The notes beneath the pieces were generated by a model. That model saw only the letters and a program-made list of their open reading frames with translations. It was not told the origin of the DNA and did no database searches. The position numbers and the translations under genes are program-made. From positions 1-61,137 of the forward strand of contig JAUCBJ010001781.1 of NCBI GenBank assembly GCA_032718475.1: DNA of 61,137 nucleotides. Reading direction: 5' to 3'. This DNA is from Nemertoderma westbladi. Its lineage: Eukaryota > Animalia > Xenacoelomorpha. Positions 43,497 to 55,500 of the stretch are shown in pieces; position 1 is the first letter of the stretch; each line of letters starts with the position of its first letter.

Positions 43497-44094
43497 GTGA
43501 CAGACCGATCGTAATCAGGATCAAACGTAACATAGTTTTTACGAATTGAACGTAACCTCAATTATGTTACATTGGATCCTATAACTATGTTACATTCGAT
43601 CTACAAATTACTAAGCCCGAATGTAACATACATTTATTTCAGTTGTGTTTTGATTTCAGGAGTTAACCGATGAAATGCTTCGTTTATTTACAGGAAGAAC
43701 CTGTTTGGTGAGTAGAAAACACAGAAACAAAGACCCAAGACCCATTAAAGTAACCTGCATAATCTTGTAACATGTGTCAGTGTGTTAACTTTGGTTTATT
43801 GTTTTGGTTCCCCCAACACGCCTCTGTAATCTGCTCCTTTAAATAAAAGTAGGCTAACCTGCATAATCTTGTAACATGTGTTAACTTTCGTTTTTTGTTT
43901 TGGTTCCCCCAACACGCCTCTGTAACCTGCTCCTTTAAATAGCAATGTTACATTCTGCATTCGGGCTTAGTAATTTGTAGATCGAATGTAACATAGTTAT
44001 AGGATCTAATGTAACATAAATTCGGTTACGTTCGATACGTAATAACTACAGAACTATGTTGCATTCGATCCTGATTACGTTCGGTCATGTATCC
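43497..44094. mobile_element. MITE-like long inverted repeat with nested dispersed-repeat copies
   Basis: gaccga.cgtaatcaggatc...gttacattcgatctacaaattactaagcccgaatg is mirrored at ~43958-44087. Confidence 0.7.
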
Positions 44095-44710
44095 TAGTAA
44101 TACTACAGTATTGTTAAAAATTGTTTGGGAGTTGTGGCGGTGCAATTTTGTTGACAAGCCGGCACAGCATTCTTAAAAATGCAGCTGCAATGCAGCATGC
44201 CGATCCTAGTAGTAGTAGTACTGTAGTAGTTAAAAATTCAGTGCCCCTGCAACCGGAAAGACGAGTCATATATTTTAAGATTATAGCTCGTTATATGTCG
44301 TTTTAGATTGTTATATAGGAAGTTATAGTCCTTTGATAGTGCGTTACAGGTATATCTATCTTTCAGGAATGGAAGTTACAAACTGTACGCGTAGGTCGGA
44401 AAGATTTACCCGAGAGTGAGATGTAGTGGGGTGGTTAGGCAGAGTGGCGTACCGGTTGCCGGTAGGCTGAAAGTAGTACTGTAGTACGACATACAGACAT
44501 ACAATAGAGCTGACAACCATGGATATAGTGAATAACGCAGTAGTTATACCCAACTCGACTCGACGTATACTAACATTGCAAGAAATATGTTATACAGGTG
44601 TTACCCGGACATTAGCAAAACTAATTATAACCACTGAATATCAGAAAAAATCTCCTGATATTAATGGTATCTGTAATTGGCTAGCGTTGGCTGCACCGAA
44701 ACTTCGTATG

Positions 44711-45252
44711 TGTGACGGGATCCAGGAGGGATCCCGATTTATCCGATGTGGTAATTTAGTCCACGCGTCCCCGCCGTGTATAAGGGTGAAATAAAGGTAA
44801 CTGAGTTCTGAAGTTCGGTGTATAATAATAACAGGGCATAGGATATAGATATAGGTATGATGTGTACAAGGCGGGATACGGTAACTAAAGTCCCGTGATC
44901 CCCTAACTAAACTAATTGACTGTACCCTACGCTAGCACTGCTGCACTGAGATAACTGAATCACTGATTAATAGGTTATTGGTTATATTGCACGGTGGCCT
45001 TACTGCTACTCAATCGATGCCATTCCCCCCTCTGATTGGTTAATACCCTTGTTGGCGCCCCGTGGAGTATTCCCGTTCACTCCACCTGTTCCTCTGGGTT
45101 AGGGGTTTGGCCCCTGACCCTCTATTGTGTGGTTCTCCTTCCCATTCTCATTGGGATGGCACGAGTTGGTTAATTGCCCAATCTCGTGGCTCCCAATATT
45201 GCTTATCGGCTTACAACTTTATGGGGTGTTGGCGGGATTGAATAAGCTAACA
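44711..45252 (-). repeat. 3' LTR
   Basis: tgtgacgggatcc...gaataagctaaca; near-identical to 57731-58270 (roughly a dozen differences by eye). Confidence 0.95.
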
Positions 45253-45261
45253 CTCCCCCCC
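45253..45261 (-). other. Polypurine tract
   Basis: Minus-strand GGGGGGGAG immediately precedes the TGTTAG start of the 3' LTR. Confidence 0.85.
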
Positions 45262-45961
45262 ATGCTATCTTCCCGGTAAGAAGATAGCATCAACCAAAAA
45301 GTGCGTTACAATCCCGCTGGATCCCGATCTAGTATCGGGTGTGGGGTGGAATTCTTTTCTCTAGGAGCCGGCTTTCCAGGCCGCCCCCTATGGGTATGAT
45401 AACGCTACCCTGTGTGCCTGGCGTCTCATGTCGGGCCGATCGCGCTCACCTCTTCACACGACCTTTGTTTCCCCAACACTTTCGCCCTATCTCACCTTCA
45501 CTCTCACCCTAGCTCTCTCACATTCGGACCTCCCCGTCCCTTACTCAGCCTCTTATTCTCCCCTCCCACACTCTAGAATCGCGTCCGCACTCTCTTTGCA
45601 CTCCACTCTATCACTCCGTCCCTCAACCTCACTTCGACTGTTTTATCTCTCCTGACGAACCTCCCCCCCCTCTCGTGCCGTCGCACTCGAGAAGTATGAA
45701 ATTGTCAGTTGTCTCGTCCATAGTGCCATAGTCAGTTATTCCCCCCAGTCCCACTAGCTAGTTGAGAAAGGTTGTATGACTATAGTACTTACTCCAAACG
45801 TATGTATTTTACTGCTAATCACTACGTACGTACATACAAATTGCACTTATATGATTATTTTGCATTAATTAAATTTATACTTAATAGTTCGTACGTTACA
45901 TGCGGCGCCTTCCAGGCGCACCACGTCCCAGTCTCAGTCTCATTCCCTCGTCTCCGGGAAC

Positions 45962-48502
45962 TTATCTGTACCTCCTCACGTCCTCTTCCCTGGCCCGTTT
46001 CTTGGTTATCACTGCTCCTCTGGCATCATCCGCTTTCTGCTTCCGGACCTTCGCTGCCACTTCCTTGCTGATCCCGGTCGTCGGCTCCTTGGGCGCTGGT
46101 GTTATTAATGCCCGATACCGCTTCGCCGGTGGCCCCTCAGAATGGCCTGGTTGTCTCCCTCGTGTGGCGTCCCATAGGATCATTTTCATTGCCTTTGGTA
46201 CGTGTTCCGCCAAGAAATCCCTAAACTCCCTCCGGTTCTCTGGTGTCCACCTGTCCAGGTACCGTTGCGTGTTCATAACTCCGGCGAACGATGCCGCCGT
46301 TGCTACCTCTTGATAGGTAAACGGTAACCTTCGCTTTATGATTTCCATGTGGGTCTCCTGGTTTATGAGGAAGAAACCCCACTTGAACTCTTGGGCCTTC
46401 ATGCGCTGGCGCGTCATGGCCCCGACGTCGGCCCACTCCTCGAACCTCGTGAACTTCTCCTCGTCGCTCATCCAGTCGCACTCGCGTCCGTAGTGCCCCC
46501 GAAAGTGGCACTTTGGACATCGGTTATGCAACCGTGGACACGCCCCCATCCTGTGACTTGGTTCTCTACAGTAGAGACAAAAGGTTCCCCGTTGGAACCG
46601 GTATAGGCAGCTGCTTTCCTGATGGGTCTGTCTCCCACAGTAGTCGCATCCGAGTACCAATGTCTCCCGTCCCACCTCGTCTTTCGTCCCAAGCGATCTC
46701 CGCGGTCTATGGAGTCGCTGGTAGGCAAACTTCTCCACGTTGCTCTCCCTGTTTACGTCGATCTCTCCGCCCCTCTCGGGCATCGTCTCCCCGAATACTA
46801 TCCGTGGTGCCGTCCCCGGTTGCTCGCCCAACCTGATGGTGCTCCCCGCGAAATCCATCGCCGGCTCCTCGTGCACCCAGGTCCGCTTGCCGGATCTGTT
46901 CCAGAAGGCCCTCGCCCCACTGGCCGTCACCACCCTTCCGCCAACCCAGTCTGTGTCCGAGTGGCCTATCCTTTCGATGGGCGGCATCTCTCCGAACTCG
47001 TCGTCGTCGTCCTCCTCTGGTAGTGTCTCCAATCCCGGTATCCCGATGGATCCACTATGTCCCTTCCCGCCTTGGCTCTCGCCCGTAGCTCTCCATCCCT
47101 CTAGCTCCCTTAACTTCCTTGGCGGTTGGTCGCCCTCGGCGCCCGCTGGTATGGGCATCGTTTGCAACCCCGACGTCGACTGTTTCGGCGATCCCACCGT
47201 CCATCCCAATTCTCGTCCTAGAGACTCCCCCGAACTCCCTGACGAAGTCCAATGAAGCTCGTCTAGACCCGCCTGTTCCTCGAAGCCATAACTCTGTGTC
47301 CTGGCCTCCTCTTCCCTCTCCTCTGCTTCTATCCTCTCCCGTCTAGCGACTTCTTCCAGTCGCTTTGCTTCCCGTCTATCCATCTCTAGCTGCTCCCATC
47401 TCTGATACGGTGTATCTGTCTCCCCGTCTACCAGATGTCGGCTGTTGTAGTACACCGACTCGCCCTTCAGCCCCGGGTGGTCTACCAGACCGTCAAAGGC
47501 CGTCTTAAAGGCTCTCCTGTAGCTTAGGGGTGATCCCGATAACAGAAATGCCCCTGGTTCCCTTTCGATAACTACGGTCATGAATAAGTTAAGCAAACTT
47601 ATCATCATCCAGTCCTCCTGCAGGATATATCGCTTCTGATATACCTTTATCGCTCCTCTGCGAAACTGATATACCTCCTGCTTTCCCGGTCTCGCTCCCC
47701 ACTTCAGCGAGTTCGCTAGTTCTGCTCCGTATTCTTCCCTAAACTTTCCCCAGTCCATCGGTTTGTGGCATACGAGCCCCAATAATTGGCCCATCGCCAC
47801 CGCCCCGCATTGGCCTGTGTTCTCGACCACCCCCAATCCATCCGGTGCCGTCATAGCCATAAAGACTTTCTGCATATCCAGGAGGTTGGTGGCGTCCGGA
47901 CCGATGATCCTCTCCGCGTCCTCGCGAATCGCCGATCCCACCTTCGTCGTCGACTTCTCTCTTACTAAGACTTGTACCGCTTTCGGCAATCGGTCTAATT
48001 TCGGCCCGTCCTTCTTCCCATACGTCCCTAGGTCGAATAAGAAGATGTCCCCATTTGGCGCGGCCAAATGTAGGAGTATGGTCCTGGCCGACCCTGCCGT
48101 TCCTCGTCTTGAACCCGCTTCGTCCTCCACGGTTCCCTCGTCATCTAGGATCATATATCCTCCTCTGTTGACGGACTCTATGAATCTTTTCCAGTCCTTC
48201 CTCGGCGATTCCCTCGGATACTTCGGAATCCCGAACTTCGCCTCGTCCCCTTTCACCACGTAGTGGAAGTGTTGGAAGATCGCGTTATCTAGTGACGGGG
48301 TCCCGTAGGTCCCGACCAACCGCTGTTCGTGCGCCTCCCGGAAGTGATCCTGCAGCGCTCGTGCCGCGTGACCCCTTTCCAACCTCTCGTAGTATCCTCT
48401 CGTCTTCTCTTCCGGGTGTCTTTCGGTGAAATCCACCAATATTTCTTTTCCTCCTGACTCCGCCTTTCTCTTCCTGATCAGCTTACTCGCCATTCCGAAC
48501 AC
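45962..48502 (-). CDS. Extra ORF3: putative DEDDy 3'-5' exonuclease plus three CCHC zinc knuckles (likely ATG at 48493)
   Basis: ILDDEG (ExoI DxE); LLHLAAPNGDIFLFDL; LPKAVQVLV..KVGSAIREDAE (ExoII); QKRYILQED (ExoIII-like); CDYCGRQTHQESSC, CLYCREPSHRMGAC, CPKCHFRGHYGREC. Confidence 0.75.
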   Translation of the reverse strand: MFGMASKLIRKRKAESGGKEILVDFTERHPEEKTRGYYERLERGHAARALQDHFREAHEQRLVGTYGTPSLDNAIFQHFHYVVKGDEAKFGIPKYPRESPRKDWKRFIESVNRGGYMILDDEGTVEDEAGSRRGTAGSARTILLHLAAPNGDIFLFDLGTYGKKDGPKLDRLPKAVQVLVREKSTTKVGSAIREDAERIIGPDATNLLDMQKVFMAMTAPDGLGVVENTGQCGAVAMGQLLGLVCHKPMDWGKFREEYGAELANSLKWGARPGKQEVYQFRRGAIKVYQKRYILQEDWMMISLLNLFMTVVIEREPGAFLLSGSPLSYRRAFKTAFDGLVDHPGLKGESVYYNSRHLVDGETDTPYQRWEQLEMDRREAKRLEEVARRERIEAEEREEEARTQSYGFEEQAGLDELHWTSSGSSGESLGRELGWTVGSPKQSTSGLQTMPIPAGAEGDQPPRKLRELEGWRATGESQGGKGHSGSIGIPGLETLPEEDDDDEFGEMPPIERIGHSDTDWVGGRVVTASGARAFWNRSGKRTWVHEEPAMDFAGSTIRLGEQPGTAPRIVFGETMPERGGEIDVNRESNVEKFAYQRLHRPRRSLGTKDEVGRETLVLGCDYCGRQTHQESSCLYRFQRGTFCLYCREPSHRMGACPRLHNRCPKCHFRGHYGRECDWMSDEEKFTRFEEWADVGAMTRQRMKAQEFKWGFFLINQETHMEIIKRRLPFTYQEVATAASFAGVMNTQRYLDRWTPENRREFRDFLAEHVPKAMKMILWDATRGRQPGHSEGPPAKRYRALITPAPKEPTTGISKEVAAKVRKQKADDARGAVITKKRAREEDVRRYR

Positions 48503-49009
48503 TACACTCGCTCACCTGTAGGGTGGTGCCTTACCAAGGCGCAATACAGATGAGTGTGGTATTTAGGATGTTTCGTACAGTTCGATAATGGCCTACTTTC
48601 TACTTAATTGCGCCTTTCAAGCTAAGTTTTACCTAATTAATTTCGGAGCTAGTAAATCAGCCTAATTTACAATTTCTGTCCGTTACTTTTATTATGTTCT
48701 AGAACGACTTCGCTTGTGTTGCCACTATTTTCTAACTTTCAGCCCTATTCTATTTATTTGTTTATTTTTTACTTTGATTCTACTGTCCTACTACTTATTA
48801 CTGCCTATGGATTTATTCTATTCTCTCTCTGATCCATATTCTGGCCTACTCAGTGGGCCTATGCAGTACAGCAGTATGCGTCGTGTGGCCACACGATTTA
48901 TCCAGCTGCACTCATATGCCCCCCTCTCGCTACTAACTCTACTTACTGCTAATTAATATCTATATCCTATTTACCCCCTTTTACCTCTTACTCCCTCTCT
49001 TCTAACTAA

Positions 49010-49588
49010 TGGTACTACGTACCCTCTAACTCTAACTAACGGTACTACGTACCTACTAACTCTAACTCTAACTAGGTACTACGTACCTACTAACTCTAGC
49101 TAACTATTGGTACCACGTACCCTCTAACTCTAACTCTAACTAGGTACTACGTACCTACTAACTCTCTAACTATCGGTACTACGTACCCTCTAACTCTAAC
49201 TCTAACTAGGTACTATGTACCTACTAACTCTCTAACTATCGGTACTACGTACCCTCTAACTCTAACTCTAACTAGGTACTATGTACCTACTAACTCTCTA
49301 ACTATCGGTACTACGTACCCTCTAACTCTAACTCTAACTAGGTACTACGTACCTACTAACTCTCTAACTATCGGTACTACGCACCCTCTAACTCTAACTC
49401 TAACTAGGTACTACGTACCTACTAACTCTCTAACTATCGGTACTACGTACCCTCTAACTCTAACTCTAACTAGGTACTACGTACCTACTAACTCTCTAAC
49501 TCTAGGCACTACGTACCTACTAACTAACTAACTCTAGGCACTACGTACCTACTAACTAACTAACTAACTCTAGGTACTACGTACCTAC
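49010..49588. repeat. 66-bp dimeric tandem array between pol and ORF3
   Basis: ggtactacgtacc + (ctaact)n subunits; cggtactacg recurs every 66 bp (49174, 49240, 49306, 49372, 49438). Confidence 0.9.
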
Positions 49589-52500
49589 TCTGCGCTGATT
49601 GCTTTAGCTACTTTCCAACTTTGGCGGGAGTGTATATCATCTGGGTCCACACCCCGCATATCGATGGTCGCTGGCCTTTCCATCAGAAAATGGCTAGGCG
49701 TCAGCACGTCTAACGACTCAGGGTCATCATTCTCCGGATATAGCGGTCTGCTATTAATGATCCCCTCGCACTTCGCAAGTACCGTCCGTAAGACGTCTTC
49801 AGTGACCATGTGGGTGTTCATCAGCTTCGTCATTAGACGTTTTGAACTGCCCACCAGTCTTTCGACGCATCCTAGTGTATGTGGTGCATACGGCGTCCGT
49901 CTCTCCCACTTTACTTGTCGTCTCCTCATGGCCGCCCTGACTTCTTCTCCCTCCAAGATGTCTAAGGCCTCTGCCATCTCACTCTCTGCGCCCACAAAGT
50001 TGGTGCCGTTGTCGCTATATATCACTGCGATCGTCCCACCTTTGCGGTCCCTAAACCTTTCTAAGGCGTTAATGAACGCTGATGCGGTTGCATCTTGGGC
50101 GAGTTCTATCCCCACCGCCCGCGTATTGTTGCATACGAAGATAATGCCGTAACGTTTCTCCGTGTGTCGCATCACTTTGATCTTTATCGGCCCGAACATG
50201 TCCACACCGCAATGCGTAAATGGCGGGTCGTGCTGTCTTACCCTACTCGCCGGTAGTGGCGCCATCTCCTGTACGGCTCGCTCCTTCTTCGCTCGTCGGC
50301 AGGTCTGGCACTGCCCCACTACCGCTTTCACCTTCTTCCTTAATTGTTTGACCCAATAGGTCCTTCTTATCTCTGTGAGGGTTCGGTTGGTGCCCCCATG
50401 CAATATCGATTTATGGGAGTCCCATATAATCTGGTGGACTATTGGCGATCCTGTGGGAATGATGATGGGTTTCGGTGGCACGACTATACTGTTGTTATAT
50501 CCCACCCTAGAATTCATTACTAGAATCCCATCGTCGTTTAGTTGTGGCGACAGCGTGATCAACTCGCTATCCCGTCGGAGGTGCTGTTGGTTACCGACGC
50601 GTTCCACCTCGTCGCCGTAGTTCTTGCGTTGTTCATAGCGGATCACTGCCTTGGCCGCTCCTTCCAGATCTATGGTTGTCCTGGTCTTCTTGTCCTTGCC
50701 GACTCCCGCAAGGAAATTCCCAAAGGCTCTCCAGTACGCCACTAGTTTCTTGGTCTTATACCAACTGGAACTGTAGCTGAGGAGTTTATCCGTCGGGTTA
50801 TCGCACAGTTCCCTTCCTGGTTGCACGTCCCTAATCTCCCTCACCATCTGGGAGTATATCTCTTCTCCCTCCGAATCTCCCTCTTCTCCTTCTGATACTA
50901 CTTCCGAGCCCGGGTCCACCTTCCTCATCGGCGGCCAGGCCTCCCTATCGCTCAGGAATTGTGGCCCATGTTGCCACAATACTTCCTTCTTCAGGAAAGT
51001 GTGGCGTTCCACGCCCCTCGACAGCAAGTCCGCTGGGTTCTCATCTGTTGGGCAGTAGTGCCACCTTTCCAGTTCTGTGCTCGCCCTTATTTCGTCCACT
51101 CTATTCGCGACGAATATCGGGTATCTCGTCTTTTCGTTGTGTAGCCAACCAAGCACTACCATGGAGTCCGTCCAGTAGTGTGTCTCCACTATGTTGGGAA
51201 TTGTATCCACTAGGTAGGCTGTGGCTCTAACTCCTAGTCTCGCAGCTGTCAATTCTAACTTGGGAACAGATGCTGAATCTGGCGGCGTTGACTTAGCTTT
51301 GCTAAAGGCTAGTCTGGGCTTGTGAGGCCCCTCTCGTTGTACTAAATAGAGTGCCGCTCCGTATGCCTCTAACGACGCGTCGGAGAACATATGTAAGTCC
51401 AGATTCGTCATGTTCCCGTCCGGAAAATACACTCGCGGCATGTTGTATGTTCCCATCCTCTCCAAGTCTCCTGTCCATTTGCTCCACTGTTTCTTGATGT
51501 CCTCTGGTACCTCTACATCCCACTCATCCTTCAATTTATATACTCTCTTGAGTATCTGTTTCCCCGTGACTAGTAGTGGGGATGCTAGGCCTAGGGGATC
51601 GTATATCCTTGCTATATACGATACATAACCCCTCTTCGTATGGGTGTCTGCGCCCTCCTGGCTCAGCTGATACTTCAGTTCGTCTGTTTTTCTATCCCAC
51701 ACGATTCCCAATGCCTTCTGCTGGGATTCCGTTCTCTTAATCGCCATGTCCTGTCCTTTGGCTGTTGTAGGGTTGTCCATGGTCGATTCTGGTTTCTTGT
51801 CTTCTATTTCCTTGATAAATTCTTCTGAACTGGATTGGAATTTGGTCAGGTTGAAGCCGGATCCTTTCAGGATGTCGCGAACCTCGCGCCCTGTTTCCAG
51901 TATCTCCTCAACCGTATTTCCAGACTCCATACCGTCGTCTACGTAGAAGCCGCGTCTGATCATATCGACGGCCCTACTGCTATATCTATCTTCCTTCCCC
52001 TTTACCGTGTCTCTCACTGCCATAGTCGTCGTAAATGAGGACGACTTGGCCCCCATGTTTTGTACTACCATCTTATATGCCGGTATTATAGGCGGTTCTT
52101 CTTCGCCGTTATACCATAAGAAGCGTTGACTATCGCTATCTTCCTCTGTTACTCGGACTTGGTTGAACATGCCTTCTATGTCACACGTGAAGGCGTGTTT
52201 CCCATTCCTAAATCTAAGTAGTACTTCTATGCCCGAATTGTAAATATTTGGGCCTTCCAACAGGTAATCGTTTAAGCATTTTCCGTCGGTCTTTGCCGAT
52301 GCATCGACTACCATCCTCAGTTTACCTTTCTTTGGGTCTAATGCTACGTGGAGTGGCAGGTAGTATGTCCTGTCCGTGTTCGGCTCGTCGACCGGTAACT
52401 CCACGGCCCATCCTTTCTCGACGTACTTCTTAATGGTTTTGTGAATGTACTCGTTCTTCTCGGGGCTCCGTTGTAGTGTTTGTTTCAGCTTGCGGAGTCT

Positions 52501-55500
52501 CGTGAGTACCATCCCCCTATTATCGGGTAACGGTATCTTCGGTAGTTTCCATACCATTCCTATAGTATACCGCCCCTCATCACACGTCATCGATTCCTCC
52601 ACACTTTGTAGAGCCTGCTTGTCTTCTACCGAGGTCCCGACCCCGGTCTCTTTCAGTCCCTCAAAGTCTTGTCTGAGCAGTCTTTTAAGCTGCTCCTCTG
52701 CTCCCTCATCACCCATTTCTTGCATTGTTCCCGCGAACATGCATCCTGATGTCTCCGACATCCTAAATGGTATCTTACTCTTTATTGGACCACTCAGCGT
52801 CCACCCGAATGGTGTTAATATGGCCACCGGGTCGCTCTGCTTGTCTTCGCCGAAGACCGTTTGCATTCTTTCGTGGGCCGTCGGGCAGTCCATTCCTACT
52901 ATGATGGATACCTTCCTAACGTCCACGTCTGGGATCGAGAAGTCAATGTTGTCCAGGAATTTGTATTGCTCGACCTCGATGTTGGTTGGCCGCCTGGCAT
53001 TGATGTTAATTGACTCTATTACTTGGATGGGGTCGATGGTTGCCCCATAATCGCATCCTGGTGCCACTGCTGCAATTGCGCACCGTCCTGTCCTCATCTC
53101 TAGGATCTCGTCTTTGCTAGAGATGGTTGTCACCGCCATCCTGCTTGGTCTCGTTCTCAACCCTATTTCTTCGGCTACCCATTCCTCAACTAATGTGAAG
53201 GCAGCTCCACTATCAACCAGCATTAGTGTTGTTACTGATCGATTGCCTTCCCCGATCACTCGTACTGGTACTACTCCAAGTAGCACTGTGCCTCTCTTCT
53301 TCGCCCCTACCGTGCTCGTTGCCATCGTTTGGCCTCTCCTTTGGCCAAACTTGACCGGCTTCTCTTGGCATTCCCTGGCCTTGTGTCCACTCTTCACACA
53401 TCGCGAGCAGATTTTATTGCTCGACGCGTAATCTATCTGGTCTTGCCTCGGTAGCGCCTGCCAGTACCTGCAGTTCATGGTTTTATGAAGCGCATTTGCG
53501 TGTAACTGGCATTTGCTCTTTGGGTCGTAGCCCTCTTTATACAATGCGTTGCGTATCGCAGTTATATTTGTACCAAAGTCCCTACTATTCTTATTGACTG
53601 GATTTGGCCTACTGGACGTACTGGGGTTATGTTTATTCATGTTGTTATTGTTCCCCTGTCCGTCCCTTGATGTTGTCTTATCTTCGTTTGTCTGTGGACT
53701 TGCAGTCCCCTGCGTCGCTGCATATGGCAATGATTGCCTGAGTCTCGGTAACGCGTTCGATGTGTTGTGCTCTGGTTTTGGTCTATGGTAGTCTGTCTTT
53801 GGTCCCTTTCCCAGGCTGTCTTCACTATAGACTGGGTCCGTTATTAGTTCGGCCTCGTAGTTTAAGAAGTTTGACATTTCTTCTAAACCCGGTTCCGCAC
53901 CCTTCTTGTCTCGAGTGGAGAAAGCGATCTTCCTCCATTTGTTGCGCAGCCAGCTCGGTAGTGCCTGCGCTATCGTGGTGATGTTATTGGACGCGTTGAG
54001 CTCGTATGGCGCGTCTAACGTTTTCAGCACGATCAGCGCCTTCTCGACTTTGTTAGCAAACGTCTTAATGCTAACGGGGTTATCCTGTAGGCCACCCGAT
54101 GTTATGCCTCTCAGCGTCTGCCTGATGATCTTGGCCGGGTGCCCGTATTCCCTATCCAGTGCCCGCCATGCTGTCGTGAAGCCGCCCTCTATTCCCTGAT
54201 ATTGCCTCATGATGTCGTATGCTGGGCCTCCCGTGTACACTTGTAGATACTTTAGGCACTCCGCCTGCGTCAAGTTTTTTGTTAGTATTTCGTTACTATA
54301 CATTCGCCGAAACTGTAAATATTCTTCCGGCCTGCTCCCATCGAACTTGAATGGTTCCACGGGTGGTAATTCGATCCTCGTTTTCAACGCATCGATCAAC
54401 GTGGCCATCCCCATTGCCTGCGCTTCCAATGGATTCGATGGGCGCTGCATAGTTTCCCCTGTCTGGTGCGGTTCGTCCGTCCTATTTCTTGATCTTCTCT
54501 GACTCGGATATGTCATCGGGGGTAGCGGCCCCCTCCATATGTCTGTATCACACGACCTGTTTTCATCCAGGGGTCTCGTTGTTCTTGTTCCTATCGGGGT
54601 ATATTGTTGATGTTGTGATGGGGGAATGTCACCCTGTCCCCCCCCCCCCACCGGTATGTCTGGTACTGGGGTTGATGTTAATATGTTGGGGCCCATACAC
54701 CTATCCGCAATAATCCCCCCCTCCCCTGGGTATATGTTATGTCCCTGCATGCTGTAGTCATACTGCTGTGCTGGTACCGGTATAGGCCTATCAGCTTCTG
54801 GCCTACTCGCCGGTATGTATTCCGCGACTTCCGGGTTTAATCCCGTTGTCCGCGCTATCCTATCGCTAACATTGCCTCTCTCAGTATGGCCTACGGTATG
54901 TGCAGTAAGACCTACAGTACGCCCTACAGTCTGCATGTGTTGCTCGGGATCGAAGTTTATTCTTCTCGAATAATCCTCCCCGCGGCTACCGTATTCTCGA
55001 CCGGTAGGTATATTCCGTCGGAAAGTTTCTCTTCGACCCCCCTCTCCACTGTTTTCATCTTCGTACTGGTACATCGTGTACCCCTCTCTCGGCGTGTAAT
55101 GCGCCTCACCGGATCGCATCCCTCCGGGGCGATGGCAATCTCCCGGAGTCCGACCCCACTGACTCTCCGTTCTCATCTCGACTACCGACGGCTCGCTGTC
55201 CGTCCTCACTCTTCTATCGTTTGCGGCGATACTTCTACTACTGTCTTCCTTTCTTCTCGTATCAGTGGAATATTCCCGCTCGCGAGATCTCTCGTCGACC
55301 TCCCGGTTAAACCCCACTGTTCTTCTTTCCTCCTCTGATCGGGCTCGACCCTTCGTCCGCCCTCCCGCGACGTCAACCTGTCTTTCTCTGCTCGGTCGGA
55401 CGTCGCTGGGGATACTCGCAATTCCCCTATTACTTTCCGTCGCCGGTTGTTGCGGTTTACCTATTTTGGCCCTCGCATTATCCGCTGACGGCTGTGGGAC

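Noticed and set aside
45962-48502. ORF3 as a viral envelope gene
   Set aside because: No signal peptide, no clear C-terminal TM anchor and no cysteine-rich ectodomain; the motifs point to a nucleic-acid enzyme.
49010-49588. Telomere-like (ctaact)n tract
   Set aside because: Not TTAGGG/TTAGG; it is a subunit of an internal 66-bp array within the retrotransposon.
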